Shown one piece after another: positions 62,325 to 64,000 of a stretch of 64,000 nucleotides of DNA. Numbering within the stretch: the stretch's first letter is position 1; each line of letters begins with the position of its first letter. The notes under the pieces are model-generated. The model ran no database searches. It saw nothing but the letters and a program-made list of their open reading frames with translations, and had not been told where the DNA came from. A program made the position numbers and the translations under genes. The DNA is from Massalongia carnosa (taxonomy: Eukaryota): positions 372,001 through 436,000 of the forward strand of contig OZ287087.1 of NCBI GenBank assembly GCA_965645245.1. Reading direction: 5' to 3'.

Positions 62325-64000
62325 TATTTTCCTAACCCCTTTTCCACCGAGCACTCATCTAAAGTAATTCGGCTAGGGCGAAAGGTAATGCCGGGACCGA
62401 GTGGAGGCAGGCCGTGGATAGCCAACGAAGGCCGAAGGAGGATGATGTCGAAATAGTTGGACAAGGAGGGGAGAGAAAGGGCATAAATAGGTGGCCTTTT
62501 GGCACTCTTCTCCTCATCATCACCATTGATTCGGAGTTCAGCACCAAAAGGTCTTTTGAAAGTCTTTCCCGAATTAAAAACATCTGTCAATCACCCACCC
62601 TCAACCCCATCATTCTAAATCACCTCCATTTCTCATCCTATATTACCTCCCACACTGAGCCCATCATGCCTTTCCATCGCCCTCAAAGAATCACCAAGCC
62701 TTCCGCCCACTCCGGAAACACCTCCGGGCCTGGTCAACGTCTCACTCGTTCCACCCGACCCCCTAGGGGAGGGGCCATAGTTCCAGAAACACAGCCTCCT
62801 CCGAACACTCAAGGTTCGGAAGGAACACTTCGGGGCGATGTGATAGACGTCCACCGAACACCGGAACCAACCCCGGACCTGCTGTTGGACCTCAGGGCCT
62901 AGCAGGAGGCCACGGCGACAGCCCTCAGGCAGGAGGAGACCCGTCACCTTCAAAAGCAAATCGCTGAGAACTTGGCGGCCATTCAGCGCATAAGGGAAGG
63001 AAACACAGTCCCCGAGGGTAGGCAGGAGGCACACACTCCCCACCCGAACCAGCTACTGCCCGCTGAAACCGAAGGTACGGATCCATGTCTCCTTCCTCTA
63101 ATTATCGAGTATCCTGCCATAAACAGCATTTATTTCCGACAAATTCTGAACAACAAATTCGATCCCATAAATATTTCCAAGCTCTGCACCGATGTAGTCT
63201 TAATCAAACCAACTGTCAAACGAGTGACCTGGCCAAAGGATACGAATTAATACAAGAAGAAGACGATGCGTCACCAGGAGACATCAAGGGACTACCTCAC
63301 CTGATTCGCTGCCTCGGGGTGTATTGGCAGGTCTTGCTTCATTTGGCACCATCCGGAATAAAGGACAGTCTTTGTAGGGTCTTTCAAATCTATCAGGACC
63401 GCTTGCTGTTACATTACACCATCTACACTTGGGAGTCAGTACGAGTGTTTCATATAGTCTTCCACAGGGGTCGGGTGTACCTGGGAGTGAACGACCCGGC
63501 CGGATGGAGGAGAATCGACACCACCGTCGAAAACATGTACCTTACTCGACGGACACCTAACTTGTCCATGACGGGAGGTACCACCAAGCAGCACCCGGGA
63601 TCAATTCCGGTAGGCGGCTCCACTGAACCAAAGCCTATGTCCTGCAATCGATACAACGCAGGGCGGGAATGTAAGGACTGCAGGTACCCTCACGTCTGTA
63701 GTCTCTGTTTCGGCCATCACATAAAAAACAACTGCCCCAAGGCACATATCAGCAACCTAAATTTCATGTCAACAGGTAGACGAGATTGACTAGCCGGCCC
63801 ATTTGATCATATCGCCGAAGGGTTCCCCTATCCGCTGATAGATAAATCAGCAATCGTACCCTCAGGGCCTCTAAGAAAAGAAGGCTGGGAACTTCACCTC
63901 ATGGGTCATCCGGACAAAATTTACAAACAGACCATTCACGATATAATCGTGTACGGGGCCAAAATTGGTTACACCGGCCCAGATCAGTTCATTCTAAGCA
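62325..64000 (+). mobile_element. Second YR (DIRS/Ngaro-like) retrotransposon, 5' part; gag disrupted
   Basis: gag from ATG 62666 with stop 62900 and frameshift about 63225, Cys/His fingers CNRYNAGRECKDCRYPHVCSLCFGHHIKNNCP; in-frame pol start PSGPL..W..HLMGHPD..YGAKIGYTGP homologous to first element; RT core and YR lie beyond the window. Confidence 0.8.

Overview
Eukaryotic (filamentous ascomycete-type) accessory-genome DNA: short GT-AG introns with CTAAC/CTGAC branch points, RIP-like G>A/C>T nonsense changes, and more than half of the window made of nested transposons. Mobile elements include several Ty1/copia elements (one full length with TSD), at least six solo LTRs with 5-bp TSDs, a non-autonomous LTR element, a MULE with TIRs and TSD, Tc1/mariner and piggyBac relics, hAT-type MITEs and two tyrosine-recombinase (DIRS/Ngaro-like) retrotransposons. 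A decayed DUF3435 'captain' recombinase of a Starship-type giant element lies at about 29.1-31.5 kb. Nearby genes are typical of accessory regions: FunK1 kinase, HeLo-like/TPR/ankyrin protein, UNC-93-like MFS transporter, FAD oxidase relic, GRF zinc finger, HNH nuclease, bZIP and a secreted NucA/NucB DNase. The most striking observation is the apparent expression strategy of the YR retroelements. In both, gag and pol share one frame separated by a single stop codon (UAG-G in one, UGA-CUAG in the other), suggesting readthrough. The intact element's recombinase ORF has no usable AUG but sits behind a good splice acceptor that is phase-compatible with a donor in gag. All family assignments are by motif recognition only; no searches were run.
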